From contig CBDCCE010000017.1 in the NCBI GenBank assembly GCA_965214575.1, forward strand, positions 30,256 through 94,255: a stretch of 64,000 nt of DNA, written 5' to 3'. A program made the position numbers and the translations under genes. The DNA is from Puia sp. Its GTDB lineage: Bacteria; Bacteroidota; Bacteroidia; Chitinophagales; Chitinophagaceae. Below the pieces are notes generated by a model, which had not been told where the DNA came from, did not search any database, and was given only the letters and a program-made list of their open reading frames with translations. Position 1 is the stretch's first letter. Every line of letters begins with the position of its first letter. This document shows, in pieces, positions 26,200 through 33,763 of this stretch.

Positions 26200-27422
26200 T
26201 ACTGGTTATTGAGTTTTGAAAAATCAAAATCGTCCATCCTCGCGGCGGCTGCAACCATCGCCGGATTTCTGATTTCAGAATAGATCTGAGTTGTTTTGAT
26301 ATCTGAGTGAGACATCATTTTACTCTGAGTATGCAAGTCGGTGCCTCTCTCTTGCTGAAGCACAGCCCACGTATGCCTAAAACCGTGAAAGGTCATGTGT
26401 TTTGTTATTCCAGCGGCCTTAACCCATTTGTGCATTTTCCTATTATTTTCAGTTGAATAAGCCAGGCCCGGAAATACAAACTCTTCAGGATCTCTCCTTT
26501 CTCCTATCAATGCAACCGAAACGGCGCTATTAGGAACGGGAATAGCCATTGCTTTTTTGTTTTTCTCAGTTATAAAGGAGATATAATCTCCGGTCGCCTC
26601 ACTCCGCTGCACTTCAGACCATTTCAGCTTTGCTATATCCCCGTATCTTAAATTGGTCAGCGCTGAGAAAATCGCCGCGCTTTTCAATACGGGTAGCTCA
26701 GGGAAAGGTTTGTCAATTAACATCTGCAACTCCTCAGCGGTCAAATAGTCGATTTTCGTTTCCTTTTCAGGTATTGACTCCACCAATGAACTCAGATCAG
26801 TAGTAATAATTTGCGGATCGGCAGCGTAGGCCTCTTTAAGCGCGGCTTTGAATTTATGAAAATATGTCGCGGCCGTATTTTGACCCAAAACGGAGAGAAG
26901 GTGCCTTTTAAAGCCATCGCAAAAAGATCTATTAAGGCTGGTTATCGGTAACGATCCTGCTGTATGCTGTTTTAGGTGCTTAATAAAGCTCGTCCAACCG
27001 TCAACCGTCGAGCCAGTTCTCTCCTTCGCCAAACCCTCGCAGTATACGATAAAATCGACCGTTTTTGCCTTTGCGGCTAAAAATGAGTAATCGCCCTTAT
27101 TAATCATTCGCTGGCGGTTCACTTCCCCGGCTACAGCTTCGAGCAGGGTTTCTTCGTTGGCGAGGGACTGTTCAGCTGTCAGCTTTCTTTTTTTTGGCTT
27201 GCCAGACTTGTCCAGTACCGGACGAATCGCCTTATTTGGTTTCCCATGCTTATCTACGTATTCCTGAATTTCATACTCAATGTCGCTATAAAGGAATTTA
27301 CCGGTAAACTCCCGACGTGTCTCCGCTTGGGTCTCGGAGGGCTTAATTGGAGGGTAAAAATCATAGTAAAGACTAATGAGATTACCCTTAATCGGTTTGC
27401 GTCTTAAATTAACTTTTGCCAT
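26199..27422 (-). CDS. int: Tyrosine site-specific integrase (Bacteroidota arm-binding/SAM-like type)
   Basis: 407 aa. The C-terminal catalytic motifs are HGFRHTWAVL (HxxR) and IKTTQIYSEI (nucleophile Tyr). The N-terminus MAKVNLRRKPIKGNLISLYYDFYP is typical of Bacteroidota element integrases. Confidence 0.9.
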   Translation of the reverse strand: MAKVNLRRKPIKGNLISLYYDFYPPIKPSETQAETRREFTGKFLYSDIEYEIQEYVDKHGKPNKAIRPVLDKSGKPKKRKLTAEQSLANEETLLEAVAGEVNRQRMINKGDYSFLAAKAKTVDFIVYCEGLAKERTGSTVDGWTSFIKHLKQHTAGSLPITSLNRSFCDGFKRHLLSVLGQNTAATYFHKFKAALKEAYAADPQIITTDLSSLVESIPEKETKIDYLTAEELQMLIDKPFPELPVLKSAAIFSALTNLRYGDIAKLKWSEVQRSEATGDYISFITEKNKKAMAIPVPNSAVSVALIGERRDPEEFVFPGLAYSTENNRKMHKWVKAAGITKHMTFHGFRHTWAVLQQERGTDLHTQSKMMSHSDIKTTQIYSEIRNPAMVAAAARMDDFDFSKLNNQ

Positions 27423-27443
27423 AGGGTTTTAAGGTACGATTAA

Positions 27444-27469
27444 AGTACGTTCAGGGTACAAGATAAGGC
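27444..27469 (+). promoter_or_regulatory. Candidate arm-type binding repeat (right end)
   Basis: AGTACGTTCAGGGTACAAGATAAGGC is preceded by a further GGTAC at 27433. It is the counterpart of 11874-11899. Confidence 0.4.
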
Positions 27470-27517
27470 CAAAAATCCACATATCAAAGCCCCGTTAAAA
27501 ACATCTTTTAAATGAGA

Positions 27518-27551
27518 AAACCCGCTCCAGTATTGACTTTGGAGCGGGTTT
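27518..27551 (-). terminator. Hairpin terminator just inside the right att, downstream of the host gene that enters the island
   Basis: The AAACCCGCTCCA-(10 nt)-TGGAGCGGGTTT stem is 12 bp. On the minus strand TTTTCTCATTT follows. Confidence 0.65.
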
Positions 27552-27585
27552 GCTATATGTTTTCTGTGGGTTTAATATTAGCCGT

Positions 27586-27604
27586 TCACTTTCGCTTGCC
27601 AAAC
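27586..27604 (+). repeat. Right att core (direct repeat copy 2)
   Basis: TCACTTTCGCTTGCCAAAC. Read on the minus strand, it encodes the last five codons plus the TGA stop of ORF 27586-28395 (FGKRK*). Confidence 0.85.
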
Positions 27605-28395
27605 ATAATCGCAATATAGGCATTGAAAAACAGCTGTTTAGGTGGCACATAAGCCATGAGTGGCATTTTGCTGAAGTAGTATTCGCCGGTTACTCCGGCT
27701 TCAAACGCCGTCACGCTCGTATTATAACGGCCATAGTCGAAGCGCATAGCCAGTTTGGCGTTGAGTCCGGGTGTAAACTGCAAATGGTTCCAGCCGCCGC
27801 CCAGGCCTTTTGTATCATACACTTCATATGCACTGTCGAATATCTTGGGATAGGTACTCTGGATCATATACGTGCTGGGAGGAGGAAAAGGAAATACATC
27901 AAGCACATATTGCTTCAGCATGCCCAGGGAAACGCCACCACTGTACAGGTAGGTTACGGCCACACCGTTTTTGTTGCCCTTGCTGCCGATTAAATGCTGC
28001 TGGCCAATAGCTGCTTTGAGTTCATAGAAATTGTTCATTCTTCCAACAGACACGTAATTGTAAGAATATCCGTCACCGGATACGGCTTCTTTATGATCCT
28101 TGGGATCTTTTATTTCGTTCAGTTCAATAGTGAGCGTGCGTGTCTTATGGTTGTTGATGAATTTGCCCCGGTCGTAAAAAATGCCATAGCCGTTGGTGTT
28201 CAGTCTGAAGCCAAGCGCCCAGTAGTGATCAAAAACCAGATCACCCTCTTCCTCCATTTTCATCATCTGTTTCATCCGCTGTTTTTTTGCGGAATTTTTG
28301 TCATTGTTGTATACAGGCGTGGTCGATTGCTGGGCTAAAACAGGAAGAGTAATGAGGAAGAGGCAGAAAAGAAACAATACGTTTTTTAGCGGCAT
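27586..28395 (-). CDS. Hypothetical outer-membrane/beta-barrel-like protein (integration target gene)
   Basis: Trimmed to MPLKNVLFLFCLFLITLPVLAQQ (signal peptide) at 28395, because the longer call overlaps the OsmC gene. The protein is rich in alternating aromatic/Gly beta-strand-like segments. Confidence 0.55.
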   Translation of the reverse strand: MPLKNVLFLFCLFLITLPVLAQQSTTPVYNNDKNSAKKQRMKQMMKMEEEGDLVFDHYWALGFRLNTNGYGIFYDRGKFINNHKTRTLTIELNEIKDPKDHKEAVSGDGYSYNYVSVGRMNNFYELKAAIGQQHLIGSKGNKNGVAVTYLYSGGVSLGMLKQYVLDVFPFPPPSTYMIQSTYPKIFDSAYEVYDTKGLGGGWNHLQFTPGLNAKLAMRFDYGRYNTSVTAFEAGVTGEYYFSKMPLMAYVPPKQLFFNAYIAIMFGKRK

Positions 28396-28419
28396 GATTG
28401 GAATTACTGCTGTAAATTT

Positions 28420-28866
28420 ATGAAAAAATATATGACCTCCACTGTTATTTACGAAGGAGATCTCAGAACGGTTGCCCTGCACAACGCATCCGGATCAACT
28501 ATAGAAACTGACGCTCCCGTCGACAATCAGGGTAAGGGTGAAAGATTCTCTCCAACTGATCTGGTAGCCACGGCTCTTGGATCCTGCATGCTGACGATTA
28601 TGGGGCAAAAAGCCCGCGACCTGAATATAGACCTGAAAGGCACAAGAATCGAAATACAAAAGATCATGAAGGCCGAACCCCGCCGGATATCAGGAATCTC
28701 TTTAACATTTCATTTACCCGGTGAACTTCATCTGTCTGAAAAACACAGAACGATTCTGCAGCGCGCGGCAGATACCTGTCCGGTAAAGTATAGTATTCAT
28801 CCGGATATTGAGCTGGAGGTAAATTATAACTGGCATACTGCAGTGGAAGATTTCTCAAGTTATTAG
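28420..28866 (+). CDS. OsmC family protein
   Basis: 148 aa. GERFSPTDLVATALGSCMLTIMG and the C-terminal CPV motif are typical of the OsmC/Ohr family. Confidence 0.75.
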   Translation: MKKYMTSTVIYEGDLRTVALHNASGSTIETDAPVDNQGKGERFSPTDLVATALGSCMLTIMGQKARDLNIDLKGTRIEIQKIMKAEPRRISGISLTFHLPGELHLSEKHRTILQRAADTCPVKYSIHPDIELEVNYNWHTAVEDFSSY

Positions 28867-30134
28867 TTTTTCTTACGGGGCTGAAGCAGGTTTTTTCCGA
28901 TATCACAGTCCAGGCATTTGCGTTGGTCACAGAATTGTTTTTTCAGTTCCGTGAGTGCCTGTGAACCGGATGATTTTTTCACTTCTATGCCTATTCGCCT
29001 CCAACCTTCGATCAGGTGATTTTGCTCACAGGGCATTTCTTCCAGCCAGTGAATGGCTTTTCTTACTACAGCGGGTTCAGGGGTCAGTTTACCATAGGTG
29101 TAAATTAAGGGTATCACCCCATTGATAATGATGCGGTCGCAGGTATTCCTTCCCAGAATCTTTTCACGGAATGATGATGGCCTGTCAAATACATAGTGGT
29201 TATTCCAGTATGCGCTTGCCTGAACAGTCAGCATTTTTCGTAAATCCTGAACGGACCGACAGGAAACGGCCAGGGAAAAAGTTATTGCGTTTGAGGCACA
29301 GAAAGACGCGAGCTGGGAGAGACGGATTCCAGGAAAGTTTTCCGGTCTCATGCGTAGAAAATGCACAGGCTCGTAAATCTTTTTCAATCTGTATTTTTTC
29401 TTCAAAAACTGATATTCCCTTTTTAACATTCGGGGATAGTCATCACTGAATTCTTTTTCGAGCAGGTTAGCCTGTCCCATAAAGAGCGCTTCGAGCTGGA
29501 TAAGATGTGAACGGTGTTTCGCAATAAGTGAAAACGGAATGCTTCTGGCAATCGATTCAAAGGCAGCCGTATTTACCGGATTGCCGAAATTGGAGGCAAC
29601 CATCCACCATAGCTGCTGCTCCCAGTGAAACTGATTTTCCCGGAGAGATTCCAGAATCTGGTACATTTTACGATTCAGCCGCATCAGCAGTAAACGGGAA
29701 GCCCAGTATTCCCAATGGCTGCAGGCTGTTTTATTTGCAGAGGATTCACAGGGAATAAAAACGGGTTTTTGCATCCAGCCTGCATAAGTTTCCAGCATAA
29801 GCCGCGGAATTCTGTTACAGAGTACGAGCTCCGGAATATTTCTTCTGATATTCGATTGATCCTGTTTCCAAACCACATGCAGCATCACATTTCTGTAGTT
29901 GTCATCCTGAGCGTGACTGTGTTTCACCCACCCGGATGAAAACAGATGCAGTTCCACACTGCCCACCCAGTGATTGCCATTGATACGAATTCGGGCGTTA
30001 ACAAAATCCGGACCCTGGTCCTGATTTTCTTCTCCCGGGAAATCAATCAGCAGGGGTTCTCCGCTAACCAGTTCCAGCCCCTGCTGATTAAAATACCGGT
30101 TTTTCCATATGAACTGAAGTAGTTTTTCCGTCAT
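28863..30134 (-). CDS. DUF2851 family protein
   Basis: 423 aa. The N-terminus EKLLQFIWKNRYF..GPDFVNARIRI..WVGSVELHLFSSGWVKHSH resembles DUF2851 as I recall it. Confidence 0.55.
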   Translation of the reverse strand: MTEKLLQFIWKNRYFNQQGLELVSGEPLLIDFPGEENQDQGPDFVNARIRINGNHWVGSVELHLFSSGWVKHSHAQDDNYRNVMLHVVWKQDQSNIRRNIPELVLCNRIPRLMLETYAGWMQKPVFIPCESSANKTACSHWEYWASRLLLMRLNRKMYQILESLRENQFHWEQQLWWMVASNFGNPVNTAAFESIARSIPFSLIAKHRSHLIQLEALFMGQANLLEKEFSDDYPRMLKREYQFLKKKYRLKKIYEPVHFLRMRPENFPGIRLSQLASFCASNAITFSLAVSCRSVQDLRKMLTVQASAYWNNHYVFDRPSSFREKILGRNTCDRIIINGVIPLIYTYGKLTPEPAVVRKAIHWLEEMPCEQNHLIEGWRRIGIEVKKSSGSQALTELKKQFCDQRKCLDCDIGKNLLQPRKKN

Positions 30135-30232
30135 TCAGGTTGAATCATTTTTTATAAAGCTAGAAAAATGAAAAACCCTGATGAAGTTGAAAACTACGGA
30201 AGTGAATAAGAAAATAACGGTTGGATTTTGCG

Positions 30233-30793
30233 CTAAAACAGGCGGAGTTCCTGCAACACGCGGCTCACGGGTAATCCCATCACGTTATAAAAGTCGCCAT
30301 CAATGGAATGTATGCCGGTTACACCAATCCATTCCTGAATGGCATAGGCTCCTGCTTTATCGAACGGCTGATAACGATCCACATAATGCAGAATCGCTTC
30401 CCGGCTCAGTTCATGAAAACGCACACTGGTTTTTTCAGCAAACAGAATTTCTTTTGATCCATTCGTAATACAAACGCCGGTTATCACCTCATGCACGCGA
30501 CCGGAGAGCAGACTCAGCATACGGATGGCGTCGGCACTATCCAGTGGTTTGCCCAGCATCTGACGACCGAGCACCACAATCGTGTCCGCAGCGACTATAC
30601 ATTTTTTATCGCCCAGTTTATTGAGCACGAGAGCGGCTTTCTGACTGGCCAGAAAAACAGGAATTTCCGAAACAGGCATACCATCCGGAACCGATTCTTC
30701 GGAATGACTGACGATCACATCAAACGGAATTTCGGCCCATTCGAGCAGCTGCTTTCGCCTGGGCGAAGCGGAGGCAAGGATTATCCGATCCAT
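30233..30793 (-). CDS. maf: Maf-like nucleoside triphosphate pyrophosphatase
   Basis: Trimmed to MDRIILASASPRRKQLL at 30793. It has the Maf motifs ASASPRR, AADTIV and AYAIQ. Confidence 0.85.
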   Translation of the reverse strand: MDRIILASASPRRKQLLEWAEIPFDVIVSHSEESVPDGMPVSEIPVFLASQKAALVLNKLGDKKCIVAADTIVVLGRQMLGKPLDSADAIRMLSLLSGRVHEVITGVCITNGSKEILFAEKTSVRFHELSREAILHYVDRYQPFDKAGAYAIQEWIGVTGIHSIDGDFYNVMGLPVSRVLQELRLF

Positions 30794-31746
30794 GACGTGT
30801 AATATTTCAGGAATACCATCGACAATATACCCATGGCCATAACCGATTTGATCCATATACTCAATTGATGAAAGTCGGCCGAAGTATCTGCCCGCGACAA
30901 TTTTTTAAGTATCCTGAGTATGGGATAAATAACCAGAAAACAGGTAAACAAAATGGTCAGCCACCATCGGTATTGCAAAACATAAAACTGAATAAATATT
31001 AATGCGGCCACCAGCAGGGTTAACCAGCAGGCGCAAAAGAATTTGGAAGCGTTCAGTCCCCATACGAGCGGCATCGTCCTACGGCCATACCGTGCATCAC
31101 CCTCCATATCTTCCATATCTTTTATTACTTCCCGCACCAGTGAAATGACGAAGGCAAAGCAGGAATACACAACCGCAAATTTATAGACTCTGGAAAGCGC
31201 TCCGTGAAATGCAGGATCTACAAAACGATGAAGCCTGAATTCGCAGAGATAGAGGATAGCAATCACCCAGGCGGTGAGAAATGAAATCAATACATTTCCG
31301 ATCAGCAATTTTTTCTTGAATGTGGTACTGTAAAACCAGAGCAGCATCACGCAAACAAGATTTGAAGGTCCGATAAATATATTTTTCAATTTCCAGGAAA
31401 GATAGAATCCGATACCAATTCCAATACCGGAAAGAATCCAGTGCCAGATAATGGCCCATCGCCTTTTGATAATCTCTTCCACCACCACTTTCCCGGGTTT
31501 ATTTACACGGTCAATATTCAGATCGAAATAATCATTGATGATGTATCCTGCAGCGGCAATAAATACTGAAGAAAGACAGAGCCAGACAAAATCTTCGGGT
31601 TTCAGAATGTTTTCGCGAACCGGGTTTCCCTGAAAGAAACTGGGTATTAAAATACAGAAGTAAAACAGCGCCTGGGTAAGTGCAATAAAAATCAGATTGG
31701 GCCATCGGATCAATCTGAAAAAAGCAGCTACAGCACTTGGTTTCAT
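30781..31746 (-). CDS. UbiA family prenyltransferase
   Basis: 321 aa multi-pass membrane ORF with the NDYFDLNIDRVNKP aspartate-rich motif. Confidence 0.7.
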   Translation of the reverse strand: MKPSAVAAFFRLIRWPNLIFIALTQALFYFCILIPSFFQGNPVRENILKPEDFVWLCLSSVFIAAAGYIINDYFDLNIDRVNKPGKVVVEEIIKRRWAIIWHWILSGIGIGIGFYLSWKLKNIFIGPSNLVCVMLLWFYSTTFKKKLLIGNVLISFLTAWVIAILYLCEFRLHRFVDPAFHGALSRVYKFAVVYSCFAFVISLVREVIKDMEDMEGDARYGRRTMPLVWGLNASKFFCACWLTLLVAALIFIQFYVLQYRWWLTILFTCFLVIYPILRILKKLSRADTSADFHQLSIWIKSVMAMGILSMVFLKYYTSWIG

Positions 31747-31760
31747 AAGACGTTTACACT

Positions 31761-32282
31761 TTAGCGGGAAGGAACAAATGATTCCAGATCCCAGTTTCCA
31801 TGAAGTCGGAGAAGTTTCTCGATCACATCCCGTACACAGCCCCTTCCCCCGTTATGTGGCGAAATATATCGCGCGGTCTGCAGTATCTCGGGCGCCGCAT
31901 CGGCAGGCGCGCATGGCATTGCCGCTTTTAACATGGGATTCAAATCGGGAATATCATCTCCCATATATAAAGTTTCAGACCAGCTGAGTTTATTTTTTTC
32001 GAGGAATTCTTCCAGCTTTTTCACCTTGTCGCCCACATTGAGAAAAACATGCATGATACCCAGTTTCTGCAATCTGATTTGCGCGCCGACACCGTTCCCG
32101 CCGGAAATTACCGCGATCTGATATTTTTTCTTTACCGCCAGCTGCAAGGCATATCCGTCTCTTACGCTCATCTGCCTTACCTGCTCCCCTGTTTCAAAAA
32201 CCATCAGGCTGCCATCGGTCAGAACACCGTCAATATCAAATATCAGTGTGGTAATGGGTTTGAAAGACTCCAGCAGATTCAT
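31761..32282 (-). CDS. kdsC: HAD-IIIA phosphatase, KDO 8-phosphate phosphatase-like
   Basis: 173 aa. It has the motifs IFDIDGVLTDG and YMGDDIPD. Confidence 0.7.
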   Translation of the reverse strand: MNLLESFKPITTLIFDIDGVLTDGSLMVFETGEQVRQMSVRDGYALQLAVKKKYQIAVISGGNGVGAQIRLQKLGIMHVFLNVGDKVKKLEEFLEKNKLSWSETLYMGDDIPDLNPMLKAAMPCAPADAAPEILQTARYISPHNGGRGCVRDVIEKLLRLHGNWDLESFVPSR

Positions 32283-32314
32283 GCATTCATTTGCAGCAAA
32301 AGTATTGTTTTAAG

Positions 32315-32356
32315 CTTAAAGCCTAAAGCCAAAAGCCTAAAGCATTCAGCTTAAAG
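32315..32356. repeat. Six tandem heptamers CYWAAAG (dispersed family, locus 2)
   Basis: cttaaag cctaaag ccaaaag cctaaag cattcag cttaaag. The block lies between the stop of 32351-33109 and the kdsC start. Confidence 0.65.
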
Positions 32357-33109
32357 ATTATTTATGATTTCATGTGTGAATAAATCATAAAATTTTAAAA
32401 TATCAGGGTGTCCTTTCAGCAATTCCCGGTGTTTTTCCAGCGTGGCCAGATCATTTCGGATAGCGGGACCAGTCTGCGTTTCTGCCGGAGGCGTAGTTCG
32501 AATCCGGGTTACGGTTTCCTCAATCAGGGGCTGCAATGCAGAAAAAGAAATATTTTCCTTCTCACAAAATGAAGCGGCGAGAGCAAATAAATAGTTGCCG
32601 AAATTATTTACAATGGTTGCTGCCAGATGATATTTTAACCTGTCCTGATCACCGGCTTCTGTAACTTTTACGGCAATGCCTGAAGCAAATTTTTTCAGCA
32701 GGTCCGTTGTCTTTTGATTATTCCCTTCCATCAGGATAGATAAGGGCGGAATAATTTCTATTTCTTTTCTCAGGCTTTGCAAAGGATATAACACACCATA
32801 AGCATCTCCAGAGTTTTTCAGTTCCGCTATCGATACCGACCCCGCGGTATGCACCACCGGAAGCTGAACCTTACCTAAATCTTTTGCAAACTGGTGAATC
32901 GACTCATCACGGATCGCAATGATCATCAGGTCTGCCTTCTTTTCAATCGATGAGATATAGGAAGTAGAACTGGTACCCAAACGTATCGCCAGTGTATTTG
33001 CATGACTGCCATGGGGACTGTATACCTGAACAATGCGATGTCCCGCCGCAAGTGATTTGCGCCCCAGCACGGTGGCCACATTTCCGGAACCAATAAGAAC
33101 TATATCCAT
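32351..33109 (-). CDS. Rossmann-fold NAD(P)-binding protein (DUF2520-type)
   Basis: 252 aa. The N-terminus is MDIVLIGSGNVATVLG. Confidence 0.55.
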   Translation of the reverse strand: MDIVLIGSGNVATVLGRKSLAAGHRIVQVYSPHGSHANTLAIRLGTSSTSYISSIEKKADLMIIAIRDESIHQFAKDLGKVQLPVVHTAGSVSIAELKNSGDAYGVLYPLQSLRKEIEIIPPLSILMEGNNQKTTDLLKKFASGIAVKVTEAGDQDRLKYHLAATIVNNFGNYLFALAASFCEKENISFSALQPLIEETVTRIRTTPPAETQTGPAIRNDLATLEKHRELLKGHPDILKFYDLFTHEIINNL

Positions 33110-33142
33110 GACAAGGTATTCCGGACAGACCGATCAGGAGAA

Positions 33143-33721
33143 TCAGGATTTCTTTTTCTGCGATTTTGGTGCCCAGATGGCCAACATGCGTTTGCCTTCC
33201 ATTTTCGGCATGCCTTCCAGAACACCCACTTCATTGAGTCTCTCTGCGAATTTGAGCAAAAGCAATTCTCCTCTTTCGCGGAACTGGATGGCCCTTCCCT
33301 TAAATTGAACGTAGGCTTTTACTTTATCACCGTCTTTCAGGAATTTCTCCGCATGTTTTGCCTTGAAATCAAAATCATGATCGTCGGTGTTTGGCGTAAA
33401 CCGGATTTCTTTTACCTCAGAGGCCTTGCTTTTGGCCTTCATTTCCTTCTCTTTCCTTTTCTTTTCGTAAAGGAATTTGTTATAGTCTATAATCTTACAG
33501 ACCGGAGGATCTGCGTTGGGGGAAATTTCTACGAGATCAAGTTGCTGATCCTGAGCCATCTTCTGCGCTTCGGCCGTAGGATAAACCCCTACGGTTACAT
33601 TCTCTCCGACCAAACGTACATTCGGTACGCGGATCATATTGTTGGTACGGTGTTCCTGTTGTTGTTCTTTTCTGAATCTTGGATTAAAATTACCTCTTGG
33701 AGGTCTCGGTGGAAATGCCAT
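33143..33721 (-). CDS. infC: Translation initiation factor IF-3
   Basis: 192 aa. It has the IF-3 motifs VRLVGEN..LDLVEISPNADPPVCKIIDYNKFLYE and lies directly downstream of thrS. Confidence 0.9.
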   Translation of the reverse strand: MAFPPRPPRGNFNPRFRKEQQQEHRTNNMIRVPNVRLVGENVTVGVYPTAEAQKMAQDQQLDLVEISPNADPPVCKIIDYNKFLYEKKRKEKEMKAKSKASEVKEIRFTPNTDDHDFDFKAKHAEKFLKDGDKVKAYVQFKGRAIQFRERGELLLLKFAERLNEVGVLEGMPKMEGKRMLAIWAPKSQKKKS

Positions 33722-33763
33722 TTATTGTTTTTAGTTGAACGATAGTAAAGATCTTTCTGATTT

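Larger units (their letters stand above)
11817..27604. mobile_element. 15.8 kb integrative phage-satellite-like / cryptic phage island bounded by 19 bp direct repeats
   Basis: Perfect direct repeats lie at both ends. The integrase is 163 bp inside the right end. Excisionase-like, primase, ATPase, iteron, terminase and partial tail genes lie between the repeats. Host genes on both sides would be contiguous (13 nt spacer) if the element were removed. Confidence 0.85.

Noticed and set aside
30794-30856. N-terminal extensions in ORF-track calls (maf here; also hutH 51892-51963, ppa 57584-57604, pgi 62051-62080, 28396-28482, 39273-39308, 54111-54128 and csbD 63393-63503)
   Set aside because: The extensions overlap neighbouring genes or terminators, or precede an obvious signal peptide or conserved N-terminus that begins at an internal ATG. 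I trimmed them to the internal start.
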